Shown here: positions 39,001-45,592 of the stretch, piece after piece
How the letters are laid out: every line of letters starts with the position of its first letter
Numbering within the stretch: the first letter of the stretch is position 1
Source of the DNA: Acinetobacter phage AM106
DNA length: 52,031 nucleotides
Sequence record: MH115576.1
Direction: 5' to 3' (one strand)
Made by a program: the position numbers and the translations under genes
The notes under the pieces: model-generated
The model's input: the letters and a program-made list of their open reading frames with translations, nothing else
What the model was told of the DNA's origin: nothing
The model's database searches: none

Positions 39001-40557
39001 GTTAGCGGAAAAGGTGGAACTAACCTTCTCATTAAATCAAATGTAGTTGGCTTGTATGATGGCGTCTCATACCCACACCACACTTACAAACTAGGTGAAG
39101 ATTGGGAAATTGGCGCTAAATACACCTTGATCTGGTGCGCTGAACATAAACGAGGGACTGGTGATAACAACTCTTACCTAGCGGTTTACGCGGGTGGTGG
39201 TAGCCAGACTTTGCAATCTATTGTTAATACAGACGGTAAGGTTATCAGCAAGGTTACCTTTGTTAAAAACAGCGCAGTTGCCTCTGGTCCAATTATCCAC
39301 TTCTACATGATCAACCGTCCGACCGCAGATAAGGGCACTATCGGTACTGTTTATTGGGCAGTTTTAGTCAAAGGCGATGTACTCACGACTGACGCTTGGA
39401 TTCCAAGCCCATATGATTACATTCCTGATAGCAATGCAAATGCCTCTGCTATCGCAAATCTTGCTAATACAGTAAGTCAGCAAGGCAATACTATTACATC
39501 AAATAGCAGCAGCATTACCTCGCTAAACAATAGCATCACCAATATTAACGGCACGTTAGCAACAAAAGCAGATAGTTCGGCTCTAACAAACCTCGCCAAC
39601 CGCGTAACTACAACCGAAGGTGCAATTACCTCTCAAGGCTCAAGTATTACTTCGCTGAATGCATCTGTGAATGGCTTATTAAAGGATGTTGCAGTATCCG
39701 ATACTCGATCTACTAATCAGCCTCCATCGTGGTATTGGTCAAACTATCCATTGCGTATCGTTCGCGAGTTCAAGCAAGCCTCTGTGCTAGGTTTGACTGG
39801 CATGGGTACATATGTCTCCCTTGAAACATACGTTTATTGGACTGACGCATCTGGTGGTCCGATCATCCAGATTGCACGAGGTACAGATTCAAAACTTACG
39901 GCTGAACGTCGCAGCACCAGTACATCAACTTGGGGCTCATGGACTCAGGACATCAAAACCTTGACGGATGGTCTGGCTAATAAAGCTGAGGCCTCAGCGC
40001 TATCTTCACTTGATGCCAAGGTATCAACGATTGATGGAAAAGTCTCAACTCAGGCGACAAGTATTACCAATCTGCAAACAACTGTGGGTGGACATACGGC
40101 GTCAATTCAATCGCAGCAACAATCAATTGATGGATTGAAATCAAGAGCAACTTTGAAGTTGCAATCCGGCAATTTAATTGGCGGTGTTGGGATTGAGAAC
40201 GATAGCAAAACCGTTGATTTCATCATCCAAGCTAATAAGTTTGCAATTGGTGCGCCTTCAACTGTTTCCGGCTCTGTGACGCCTAAATATGCATTCGTCT
40301 ATCAATCAACAGCAACAACTCTGCCGAATGGGACAGTGATTCCTGCTGGCTTGTACTTAGACAGCGCGTCTATTAGCTATATCAACGCCAACAAAATTTA
40401 TGCAGATAGTTTAAGTGCTATTAGTGCAAATCTTGGTACCTTTACCTCATTGGCAGATCAATCAAAACCAAATGGTGCTAGGACTGTAATTAGTGGTGAG
40501 AGGATCGAAGTTTACGACGAAAACAATGTTATGCGTGTACGGATTGGGAGATGGTAA
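30088..40557 (+). CDS. Giant host-specificity/central tail fibre protein, lambda gpJ-like N-terminus (about 800 aa) followed by a long coiled-coil plus about 8 tandem [beta-module + 35-aa coiled-coil repeat] units
   Basis: 3489 aa single ORF; N-terminal region has J-like organisation; repeated 'KADxSALNxLxxRVxxxEGxITSQGNSITSL' blocks at about nt 33975-34410, 34890-35300, 35840-36100, 36610-36880, 37400-37690, 38150-38290, 38740-39010, 39420-39690, 39960-40150; modules end with a '...LE..G..AT.W.PSP.D'-like motif. Confidence 0.85.
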   Translation: MAIVKGAKKGKGEARKPVVAPDSAQSKTYIKILYGLGEGEIEGLANGNQSIFLEGTPLQDANGNLNYSNVKLDFRKGTNDQDYIEGFPSVESETAVDVELKSGAPWVRAFNNIDLDAVRIRLKWGPLRQQDSSTGDVSGITIEYAIDIQTDGGAWTEVLKTKISDKTSANYERAHRIDLPKADSGWLIRVRRITPNSTSEFVSDKMYVEAFTEVVDAKLRYPNTALLGLQYDAETFGNVAKLAVDLKGRLLLVPTNYNPQTRQYTGIWDGTFKRAYTNNPAWIYYDLCTNDRYGLGNRLTPFMIDKWSLYRLAQYCDQSVSDGLGGQEPRFTCNVYIQNAEDAFSILMKLAGVFRAIAFWDGTSIICDADIPQDTYFTYTRANVVGGVFEYSGTRARDRHNVVKVAWDNPANHYKTEYEFVRDENAIAESGQVRILELDAWGCTSRGQAQRAGHWALKSEQKETRTVSFKVGLDGHIPLPGRVIEIADELFAGRANGGRVSKISADLKSITIDRDDVIAKAGDRLVINGENGKAQTRIVQSISGRVITVTLPFDENSIAVQNVWVLDAQDLATMKFRVISISQEEKHQFSITALQYNPQKFDEIDNGAFFEDAPISIINPSIQEPVKDVLITTESRVDQGINITTMIVSWMQAKGAVKYLVEWRKDDGSWIRLPQTGNNSVEVPGVYSGQYQARVTAISAFEIASLPVTSSLTEITGKQGLPPKIAFIRATGILFGMKLDWGFPPTGAKDTAYTEIEVSPDGINNIAQLGLFAYPTTTTTIQGLQPNLRQFYRGRLIDRIGNVGPWSEWVNGTTTADPEAVLDLISGHINESDLAQELQGKIENSVDVSEAAQAAANNAQAVASSAQTAANNAQAVASEAKTAASSAQSAATTAQTQASSAQKIANDASVIATNAKNTADQAAEDASSAITAAAEAKTTATNANTTATNAQTTANNASSAASKVASDLTTSTNQLNKKIADETDARTAAISKLNDGLTTETSQRKSEDAALLNNIETYKSSTNGTLSSLQTQINTNATNTSANTSKISSLDSRLTTNEGKTADAINAAATAQQTANTAVTNAAAAASAVTSLKSELSTGKGINNIIAPFSDPQELSPYIIGASRTVALVKSPMRIKGNAYDVTFNAVAGSIYFGSSSLATVNTAAAGVVSGGKRYMLSAYLKNLDATKQADVYFTLHWFKRAANGTFTASQSVLLNQATNNTRVTPSNDGGTISCKAVAAPPDAVAFAVICSGNGVYNVAGSRILIDMLMLEEVVGVDVPASTWTAGPTDLSAIKSALDANASAISKIDTRVTNAEGTITSQGNSITQLNNSVTSINGELTKKADATALNALTNRVSTAEGTITSQGNSITSLRNDLNATNDKVSSKADSSALNSLDSKVTSIDGRVTSNTSAVTSLQGRVSTVEGGLSSKADASALNNYYTKTEADSAASGAIDKFNSQLTIGGVNVVANSEAPRTSTAATNREYLLYERSAELKAFYDENLEKPITISFEMSVPVAGPVQVYSSNGSAHQFVTSVNAIIVNQFAKYSVTVSPKAHTASTTVSTIEFYGTYGTGRIPTIRKLQIEAGTKATAWSPSPRDTKAAIDANASAIQTTQTKVDNIDGRLTTATDSITSLNSRMSTAEGNINSTNTAVGGLSTRMATAEGKITNQSDSIASLQNSVTSINGTLANKADSSAVNNLTSRVETAEGKISSQSGQITSLSNSLDLTNSNLNDVNVLARLLSLGKPLRDDPTFKSTTGGLAAYALQSGSSFTRQAKSTDNPMDSAYEMLLRATTTLGSGWYPNNPTVNGGPNKAFLVKQVIKMPIGQKLAAFNNPLGAGGYVRILGNAEGTGKFETYYSVIQCGPDANTAIQGHFRVINSSNPPVPSASNPVDVILASYEVFDVTAVNDTIPKAYSNAIAANANAINTLSNTVSQQGNTITSHSNSITQLNNSISSINGALSSKADTSALQSLDSKVTLIDGKVTSNSSALTALQSSFDGLPNQGVNLLGPEISNPVEKPTNWTSGLPFEIIQSPDTVNVRAFQFTMPASSGNGTYFNIGGGQVPRQWLTEGKYIFSFVAKTVGGTPPHAIEWQLYNVDSTRLRFNITATLTRYSGVFTVPAGGAAACMLLIGNPTGKPAGQVINIERMMLERQVGNNTTPSAWIAGSDPTGMILSTQAKATDLFNTATSQNAATAGRVTSLESRMTTTEGNLNKKADASALQNLDTKVTNVDGKVTSNTNAITALSSTLSNATSSISMNAGNAQGDWTFFNTSGEYSIVAQADGQAGRVIQLGNNAGNDIVWMHPNNFIPFDATKTYRLRARYRRRAGTGTIYLGVSQKTPDKALYVTTANALSGDMGSSNYVVNAHAPAIDEWQEIVAYIKGRSAGAASGSGSKTSPRTVSQQAGFITPMFIANYSAQTGIVELDYLILEDAEAIVANDANASAISALDTKVSEVDGRLTTATNSITSLNSRMSAAEGNISAANSALSGLSTRMTAAENGLTNQSNAITNLSNSLTVTTNTANAALPKIQGGTGAAKLFRGVLVWQQNGANLTGNIVIQTPITFTNKMFRLSLTGYNYLAAKNEINLNIGGYAYSGTSLLQHGVVNSGTMPIRVRMGVRNGTVVIILTSQAPGAYWQYPKFNIDAEIGYTTPPDEWMNGWSASFMAEADLASNGISAIIEPSLLDISTTLNATASAISNLTNTVSQQGNTITSQSNSITTLTNKITNNDLSNLVLNPDFVDPKSDWTSGVIVDATDAAPNPPSAKALRLNNRDSYYGPFVKCNVGDMFYVSAWFATPNTSATASAVLGFNTRNSAGTYTWYSVAIKSTDKNAWGMVEGYFTVPNGMVDIRPWLQVSIAASEAAGQQWHVTNIQVRNITGNKKLATDLQATSSALSTLDSKVTNIDGRVTSASNNIVSLNNSVTNINATLAQKADATALNSLSNRVTNAEGNITSQGNSITSLTNSLAVSGKGGTNLLIKSNVVGLYDGVSYPHHTYKLGEDWEIGAKYTLIWCAEHKRGTGDNNSYLAVYAGGGSQTLQSIVNTDGKVISKVTFVKNSAVASGPIIHFYMINRPTADKGTIGTVYWAVLVKGDVLTTDAWIPSPYDYIPDSNANASAIANLANTVSQQGNTITSNSSSITSLNNSITNINGTLATKADSSALTNLANRVTTTEGAITSQGSSITSLNASVNGLLKDVAVSDTRSTNQPPSWYWSNYPLRIVREFKQASVLGLTGMGTYVSLETYVYWTDASGGPIIQIARGTDSKLTAERRSTSTSTWGSWTQDIKTLTDGLANKAEASALSSLDAKVSTIDGKVSTQATSITNLQTTVGGHTASIQSQQQSIDGLKSRATLKLQSGNLIGGVGIENDSKTVDFIIQANKFAIGAPSTVSGSVTPKYAFVYQSTATTLPNGTVIPAGLYLDSASISYINANKIYADSLSAISANLGTFTSLADQSKPNGARTVISGERIEVYDENNVMRVRIGRW

Positions 40558-40881
40558 ATGCCCACAGGAATGATAATAAATTCTGAATCAGGGGAAGTTG
40601 TTTTTGATGGAACTGTGAAGATCCCTAAAATACTAGGGAAGGTTCTAATCGAGAATGGACAAACTTCAGCAGTATTAAACCTTAACAAGCCACTTGATGG
40701 CACGATGTTTTTTATTCCAAAAGGATTAGCAACTACAGTCGATCCAATCTATGCCCCTTTGGGAATTAACTATGAAGTAAGTCTTAGTTCTAACAAGCAG
40801 GTTGTAACGGTTAAATACATCGCGACCAGTGAGCAGCCAAAAGCAGGGACTGATTTTGAAGTTTATATTGGTGAATATTGA
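40558..40881 (+). CDS. Hypothetical protein downstream of J (possible fibre accessory/assembly protein)
   Basis: ATG abuts J stop (TAAATG). Confidence 0.3.
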   Translation: MPTGMIINSESGEVVFDGTVKIPKILGKVLIENGQTSAVLNLNKPLDGTMFFIPKGLATTVDPIYAPLGINYEVSLSSNKQVVTVKYIATSEQPKAGTDFEVYIGEY

Positions 40882-41606
40882 TGGATAACTATTTCTTAGT
40901 AAAGAATGACTTCATAAATGCTATTGATGATGACTATTTCAATCTTGCATTTATTAGAAAACAACGTTTTAACTTCACATCTGAACCTGGGATTACCTAT
41001 TACTATCGTACTTTTGAAGTAGATATAACAGGGATAGATTTTCCTGTTATTGCAATTAGTTGTGTTTGTCCTTCTGCTTATTTAAGTATGAAAGCCAATA
41101 CGCTTTCTATTGTTTGCTCAGCAAGTAATTATGATGGTGTGGCTAATTCAGTTAGCAATTTAAATAATTCATCTAAGTATTTAGATGTGTTTGTTTTTGG
41201 TCGATTGCCTAGAAGCAGTATTCCAGAACATGGTATTGGTGTAGTCTGTTTAGATGCATCAAGTAAAGTAGTTTATTACAGTGGTGCAGAGTATTTGAAA
41301 CCCATAAAAATGTTTATTGATCCCAATACTTATCGACCAATGTTTAATTCAAACTACAATACTCAGGTCGAGTATTTGCCGATTGGCAAGTCTTATGCAT
41401 GTATTCCCTTAAATAGAGTAAATACTGTTTATTCGGAGTGGACGCCTGAAGGTCAAGATGTCATAGCAATGTCATCAGTTTGTGCTATTGAGGGCAATAC
41501 TATTACTTATACCTCAAATCAGGTGCAAGTCGCACAAGATATTAGTGCTGTTTACAATGGATATTGTAGACATATGTACATGTTAATCGATGTATCGAAC
41601 TATTAA
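40878..41606 (+). CDS. Hypothetical protein (possible fibre accessory protein)
   Basis: 242 aa coupled ORF. Confidence 0.3.
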   Translation: MMDNYFLVKNDFINAIDDDYFNLAFIRKQRFNFTSEPGITYYYRTFEVDITGIDFPVIAISCVCPSAYLSMKANTLSIVCSASNYDGVANSVSNLNNSSKYLDVFVFGRLPRSSIPEHGIGVVCLDASSKVVYYSGAEYLKPIKMFIDPNTYRPMFNSNYNTQVEYLPIGKSYACIPLNRVNTVYSEWTPEGQDVIAMSSVCAIEGNTITYTSNQVQVAQDISAVYNGYCRHMYMLIDVSNY

Positions 41607-41622
41607 TAAACCTTTAATTATC

Positions 41623-41649
41623 AGCACCCAATTCGGGTGCTTTTTTATT
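41623..41649 (+). terminator. Rho-independent terminator
   Basis: AGCACCC..GGGTGCT + T6. Confidence 0.6.
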
Positions 41650-41674
41650 GCCTACGATCTGGAGGATGGCATGC

Positions 41675-41968
41675 ATGAACGATCAGACAAATAGTGTAGT
41701 TGGAGCAGCTGCAAGCACGGCTGCCGCGACTGCAACAAAATTCACTTATGGTTATGTAGTGGGAGGGAGCTTGATCGGTGTTATTGGCAAAATTGATTGG
41801 GCTGTAGTCTTTTCGATTTTAATCGGTATCGCAACCTTTCTGACGAATCTCTATTTCAAAAAAAGAGATGATAAGCGTAAGGATGAGATTCACGAGCTAC
41901 AAACGAAGCAATATGAGCTAACTAAGAAACGATTGGAAGGGGGTTCAGATGACAAGCGAACAGACTAG
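41675..41968 (+). CDS. Putative holin (two TMDs, charged C-terminus)
   Basis: ATG 41675 with RBS GGAGG; 'GYVVGGSLIGVIG' and 'WAVVFSILIGIATFLTNLYF' helices then 'KKRDDKRKDE'. Confidence 0.45.
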   Translation: MNDQTNSVVGAAASTAAATATKFTYGYVVGGSLIGVIGKIDWAVVFSILIGIATFLTNLYFKKRDDKRKDEIHELQTKQYELTKKRLEGGSDDKRTD

Positions 41969-42173
41969 AGCTTATCTGGCTTTTGCACTTGTGGCGTTAA
42001 TGTTCGTACTGGTTATTGCTTTATTTTTTGTGAATATGCCACGTGAGAACAGCAATTTAATTAATACAGCATTGGGTTTCATTGCGGGGGCAATGACAAC
42101 TGCCTGTGGATTCTATTTCGGAAGCTCTGACCAGGAAAAGAAAAATAAAACTGAGGAATCAACTGAGCAGTAA
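41949..42173 (+). CDS. Second small 2-TMD membrane protein (holin/antiholin partner)
   Basis: 'LAFALVALMFVLVIALFFV' and 'ALGFIAGAMTTACGFYFG' helices; overlaps previous gene. Confidence 0.4.
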   Translation: MTSEQTRAYLAFALVALMFVLVIALFFVNMPRENSNLINTALGFIAGAMTTACGFYFGSSDQEKKNKTEESTEQ

Positions 42174-42189
42174 TTAACTTAACTCTAAA

Positions 42190-42214
42190 TGCCGCCTACG
42201 GGCGGTTTTTTTAT
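42190..42214 (+). terminator. Rho-independent terminator
   Basis: GCCGCC..GGCGGT + T8. Confidence 0.6.
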
Positions 42215-42231
42215 AACTGAAGGAAAACGAA

Positions 42232-42774
42232 ATGAATATCGAACAATATCTTGAAGAGTTGATCAAGCGTGAAGGTGGATACGTAAATAACCCGGCAGAC
42301 CGTGGTGGTGCAACTAAATATGGCATCACACAAGCTGTTGCGCGTGAAAATGGCTGGAATGGCAATATGAAAGATTTGCCGCTTGAATTTGCAAAAAGTA
42401 TTTATAAAAAACAATACTGGTTGGAACCGCGTTTTGATCAGGTAAATGCACTTAGTCCATCTGTTGCTGAAGAATTGTTAGACACAGGAGTGAATTGTGG
42501 GCCTAACTTTGCAAAGCCTCTTTTACAACGTGCTTTAAACCTGCTCAATAATCAAGGTAAAGCTGGTTGGCCTGATTTGAAAGTAGATGGTGTTTATGGC
42601 TCGGCTACACTGGGTGCTTTAAAAACTTATTTATCAAAACGCGGGAAAGAAGGTGAGAAGGTTCTGGTGCGAGTGCTCAATATTATGCAAGGGCAACGCT
42701 ACATTGAAATCTGTGAGCGTAATCCAAAGCAGGAACAGTTTTTCTATGGCTGGATTGCTAACCGGATCGGCTAG
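42232..42774 (+). CDS. Endolysin: GH108 lysozyme-like domain + C-terminal peptidoglycan-binding domain
   Basis: 'REGGYVNNPADRGGATKYGIT' GH108 signature; C-terminal 'WPDLKVDGVYGSATLGAL' PG_binding_3-like. Confidence 0.8.
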   Translation: MNIEQYLEELIKREGGYVNNPADRGGATKYGITQAVARENGWNGNMKDLPLEFAKSIYKKQYWLEPRFDQVNALSPSVAEELLDTGVNCGPNFAKPLLQRALNLLNNQGKAGWPDLKVDGVYGSATLGALKTYLSKRGKEGEKVLVRVLNIMQGQRYIEICERNPKQEQFFYGWIANRIG

Positions 42775-42775
42775 C

Positions 42776-42913
42776 ATGAAAATCTTTCACAGTAAGCGAA
42801 CTAAGTTTGCTTCGATTATTACTGTGCTGTGTATTCTATTATCGGGCTGCACAGCCCATACGATCAAAAATAATATTAGAGTCAGCATTTGCGTACAGTG
42901 TGTTGTTAATTGA
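42776..42913 (+). CDS. Small putative lipoprotein (45 aa, lipobox LLSGC), o-spanin-like by position
   Basis: ATG 42776 two nt after endolysin stop; 'MKIFHSKRTKFASIITVLCILLSGC' signal; mature part 20 aa with 2 more Cys. Confidence 0.3.
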   Translation: MKIFHSKRTKFASIITVLCILLSGCTAHTIKNNIRVSICVQCVVN

Positions 42914-43207
42914 CATTTTGTACCAACTACCTAAGGTTGGCCAAAGCAGCTGCAGTATTTGGCCAACTTCTCGATATTAATTTAAGTTATTGAAAAATAG
43001 TAACTAGAGAAAAAATAACATTTATGTTTGATTGGCATTTTGTATCAAAAAATAGAAGAGTAATTAAAATAGCCTTTTTCTTCTGAGAATAATTTTGCGC
43101 AAAAATATCAATATTAAGCAAATATGAGCATAAATTTGCGCAATACACTTAACTTACTTGAACGATGGATTGATGTATCATTATTAAAATTACTTTGAAT
43201 TATTGTT

Positions 43208-43402
43208 ATGTCTTCACAGTTAATCAAAATTCATTATCATGCATATTCTCGCGTTGCAGATCTATTAGCAGATCTAGATAAGAAAGGAGAGGTCACTAAA
43301 ATTTATGACCTCAATGGCAACGAATTAAAAATTAATTTCTTGCGTGACGAAGTTTATTATAAAAAAGTCTGGTGGCATTTTCAGAAGAAGCAAGGCGGTT
43401 AA
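43208..43402 (+). CDS. Hypothetical protein (moron between lysis cassette and integrase)
   Basis: 64 aa ORF preceded by AT-rich region with palindromic repeats. Confidence 0.3.
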   Translation: MSSQLIKIHYHAYSRVADLLADLDKKGEVTKIYDLNGNELKINFLRDEVYYKKVWWHFQKKQGG

Positions 43403-44595
43403 ACCGCCCAGCTATCCACAATATTAGCCCAGTCCTGTAGCATTTTTCGCCTGCTTTCTAAATATTTGGCATGGTTATATGTGGCCCTAGTTTTATTACC
43501 ATCTGCATGCGCTAATTGTTTTTCAATCCATTTGTCATCGTAATCCTTTTCATTTAACAAGGTTGATGCAGTGGCACGAAAGTCATGAGCAGTGACATCA
43601 GACAAGCCAATGTAATCGAGCATTTTATTCATTGTAGTAGCGGAGAGCATCCCATCTTGATAGATGGCTGGAAAAACATATTCACGATTACCTACAATGT
43701 TGCGCTGTTCTTGAAGAATATTAAAAACTTGGTCAGACATAGGAACGATATGAATACGTTTCTTTTTCATCATCTCTTTTGGGAATGTAATTGTTCTAGC
43801 TTCAAAATCAACATATTCCCATTTCATGCGGCGGATCTCGATAGTCCTGAGCATAGAGTAGAGCATTACAAGGCCAGCATTTTTAACTGTAGTAGATCCA
43901 CCATAGCTATTTAATTTATTTCTAAGTTGCACAGCCTCATATTTTTCCATGGGTCTGGCATGTTCTATTTCGGGACGTTCTACAACGTTTTTAACGGCAT
44001 AGGTTGGATCATAGTCGGCTCTAAGTGTGGCGATTGCATAACGCATTACGCCGCCAATAAAAGTACGATTTTGAATTGCTGACACTTCGCCAGTACCATG
44101 GTTTTTTTGACGCTTAACTCGTGCAATCGTCTTTTTCATGATAGTCAAAACGTCTGCTGAGGTGACTTCTTTAATATCCTTATCACCAATAACTTTTAAA
44201 ATATCTTTATCTAAGGCGCGTTGAAAAGCTTCTTGATACCTTTCTGAACGATTATTTAATTTTTCTGCTTTATATTCTGCAGCAACATGTTTAAAGAGAA
44301 CCCTATTGTCATACTCATTAGATTTAGCCTTTTTTTGGTTTTCTTTTTCTTCAACTGGATTTATACCGCTTGCAACTAAAGATTTAGCTTCATCTCTTTT
44401 AGTACGGGCTTCAGCTAATCCCACAATAGGGTATTCACCTAAGCTCATCATTTGTGTTTTTTTGAGCCATTGAAAACGATAGCGCCAATACTTCTTGCCA
44501 TTAGGTTTTATTTCAACACACAAACCATCGGAATCACCAAGCCTATAAAGCTTTTCTTTCGGTTTTGCACTTCTAATTTTTGAGTCACTTAACAT
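43399..44595 (-). CDS. int: Tyrosine integrase, P4-like (N-terminal DUF4102 arm-binding domain)
   Basis: 'MLSDSKIRSAKPKEKLYRLGDSDGLCVEIKPNGKKYWRYRF' P4-type N-terminus; catalytic 'HDFRATAST' and 'RATYNHAKY' (R-H-R-Y). Confidence 0.9.
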   Translation of the reverse strand: MLSDSKIRSAKPKEKLYRLGDSDGLCVEIKPNGKKYWRYRFQWLKKTQMMSLGEYPIVGLAEARTKRDEAKSLVASGINPVEEKENQKKAKSNEYDNRVLFKHVAAEYKAEKLNNRSERYQEAFQRALDKDILKVIGDKDIKEVTSADVLTIMKKTIARVKRQKNHGTGEVSAIQNRTFIGGVMRYAIATLRADYDPTYAVKNVVERPEIEHARPMEKYEAVQLRNKLNSYGGSTTVKNAGLVMLYSMLRTIEIRRMKWEYVDFEARTITFPKEMMKKKRIHIVPMSDQVFNILQEQRNIVGNREYVFPAIYQDGMLSATTMNKMLDYIGLSDVTAHDFRATASTLLNEKDYDDKWIEKQLAHADGNKTRATYNHAKYLESRRKMLQDWANIVDSWAV

Positions 44596-44900
44596 GAAAT
44601 CTTGAGTATCCGGTTATGATTTTTAGGGTCATACTCAAAATGATACTCAAGATTGGTGATTTTGCATAGTTTGCTTAGATTTGCCTAGATTTGTAATTTT
44701 AATAAATTTCAATAATTTGTGATTTTCAAAATTTTGCTAGATTTTTTTAGATTTGTTCAATACTTCTTTTCGATCATTAGAAGCATTTTAGATTCAACTC
44801 ACTAATATATAAAGGGATTTTATTTTGGGGTGATTTTGATACTCAATTTGGTACTCAATATTGAAAAAGTACCTATCTCATTGTATAAAATAAAGCCACC
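44596..44900. repeat. attP-like region: five copies of (G/A)TACTCAA (one inverted) and five copies of TAGATTT; presumed integrase arm-type and accessory-factor sites
   Basis: Repeats read directly: cttgagtatc, gtcatactcaa, tgatactcaag, ttgatactcaat, ttggtactcaat; gcttagattt, cctagattt, gctagattt, ttagattt, ttagattc. Confidence 0.4.
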
Positions 44901-44914
44901 TCAATAGGTGGCTA
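44880..44914 (-). terminator. Terminator of the leftward xis operon (AGCCACC..GGTGGCT, T-rich on minus strand)
   Basis: Read directly. Confidence 0.45.
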
Positions 44915-45170
44915 CTTTACCAGATTCTTTTGTGTCTGTAACGACAGATTGCACGTAGGACAATAACCAAAAACTTTTTCGCCCATCCTTGTATGGCCTT
45001 TGGTATCTGCCTTCACGAATCCGAGCGTCTAGAGTTTCAGGTTCGATATTGAGCATGTGTGCAAATTCTTCACGACCAACTCGGCGTTCTTCTTTTGACT
45101 GAGCAATACGTTCAGCTACAGCAACAATCTTTTCTAGAATGCTAGCCTCTATTTTAACTATTTGTCCCAT
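44901..45170 (-). CDS. xis: Excisionase (lambda Xis-like winged helix)
   Basis: 'FAHMLNIEPETLDARIREGRYQRPYKDGRKSFW' parallels lambda Xis 'RRWVRECRIFPPPVKDGREYLF'; adjacent to int. Confidence 0.55.
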   Translation of the reverse strand: MGQIVKIEASILEKIVAVAERIAQSKEERRVGREEFAHMLNIEPETLDARIREGRYQRPYKDGRKSFWLLSYVQSVVTDTKESGKVATY

Positions 45171-45386
45171 TTACTCCTCCTTACTTTCCGCTTTAACTTC
45201 TTTCAGTGATTCAATTGACTTAATCCAACTCAAAATGTGTGGCTTAGTTATTTCATCCTGACCGTGAAACCAGTAGAACTTTTTTTCTTTTTCAAGAACG
45301 TAATAAGGTTCACCAGATCCATTAGGCACAAGAAAATAATGGGTAGCATCTTTGGGTGCTGATTCAAGTATTTCTAATTCACTCAT
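45171..45386 (-). CDS. Hypothetical protein
   Basis: 71 aa coupled ORF. Confidence 0.3.
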   Translation of the reverse strand: MSELEILESAPKDATHYFLVPNGSGEPYYVLEKEKKFYWFHGQDEITKPHILSWIKSIESLKEVKAESKEE

Positions 45387-45592
45387 CCCTCAGCTCCCGA
45401 TTCAATATCCAACTTCATTGCACCTTCTTCTGGATATTCGGTCATCCAAAAGTAATAGCCTTTTCCACTGTGGCCAACTTCAAAGAATTTAATTGTTAGT
45501 TCAGTATCAAGTTGATCTAAATCTTTCTCACCATCTGGATTTACAAATTCGAGAAGGCTTTTTAGTTGATGACCGCTAAGTGTTATGCTCAT
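45383..45592 (-). CDS. Hypothetical protein
   Basis: 69 aa coupled ORF. Confidence 0.3.
   Translation of the reverse strand: MSITLSGHQLKSLLEFVNPDGEKDLDQLDTELTIKFFEVGHSGKGYYFWMTEYPEEGAMKLDIESGAEG

Noticed and set aside
33900-40200. Regularly spaced repeats that could superficially resemble a repeat array
   Set aside because: The repeats are in-frame protein-coding units of one continuous 10.5-kb ORF (the J fibre), not CRISPR repeats. No spacers, leader or cas genes are present.
42653-42775. Upstream 41 codons of ORF 42653-42913
   Set aside because: This part overlaps the 3' end of the endolysin in another frame. Only the segment from ATG 42776 (lipoprotein signal) is plausible.
44596-44650. 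Possible tRNA 3' fragment at the int end marking attP
   Set aside because: No acceptor-stem/T-arm-like structure or CCA-proximal conserved GTTCGA(A/G)TC motif could be found by eye.
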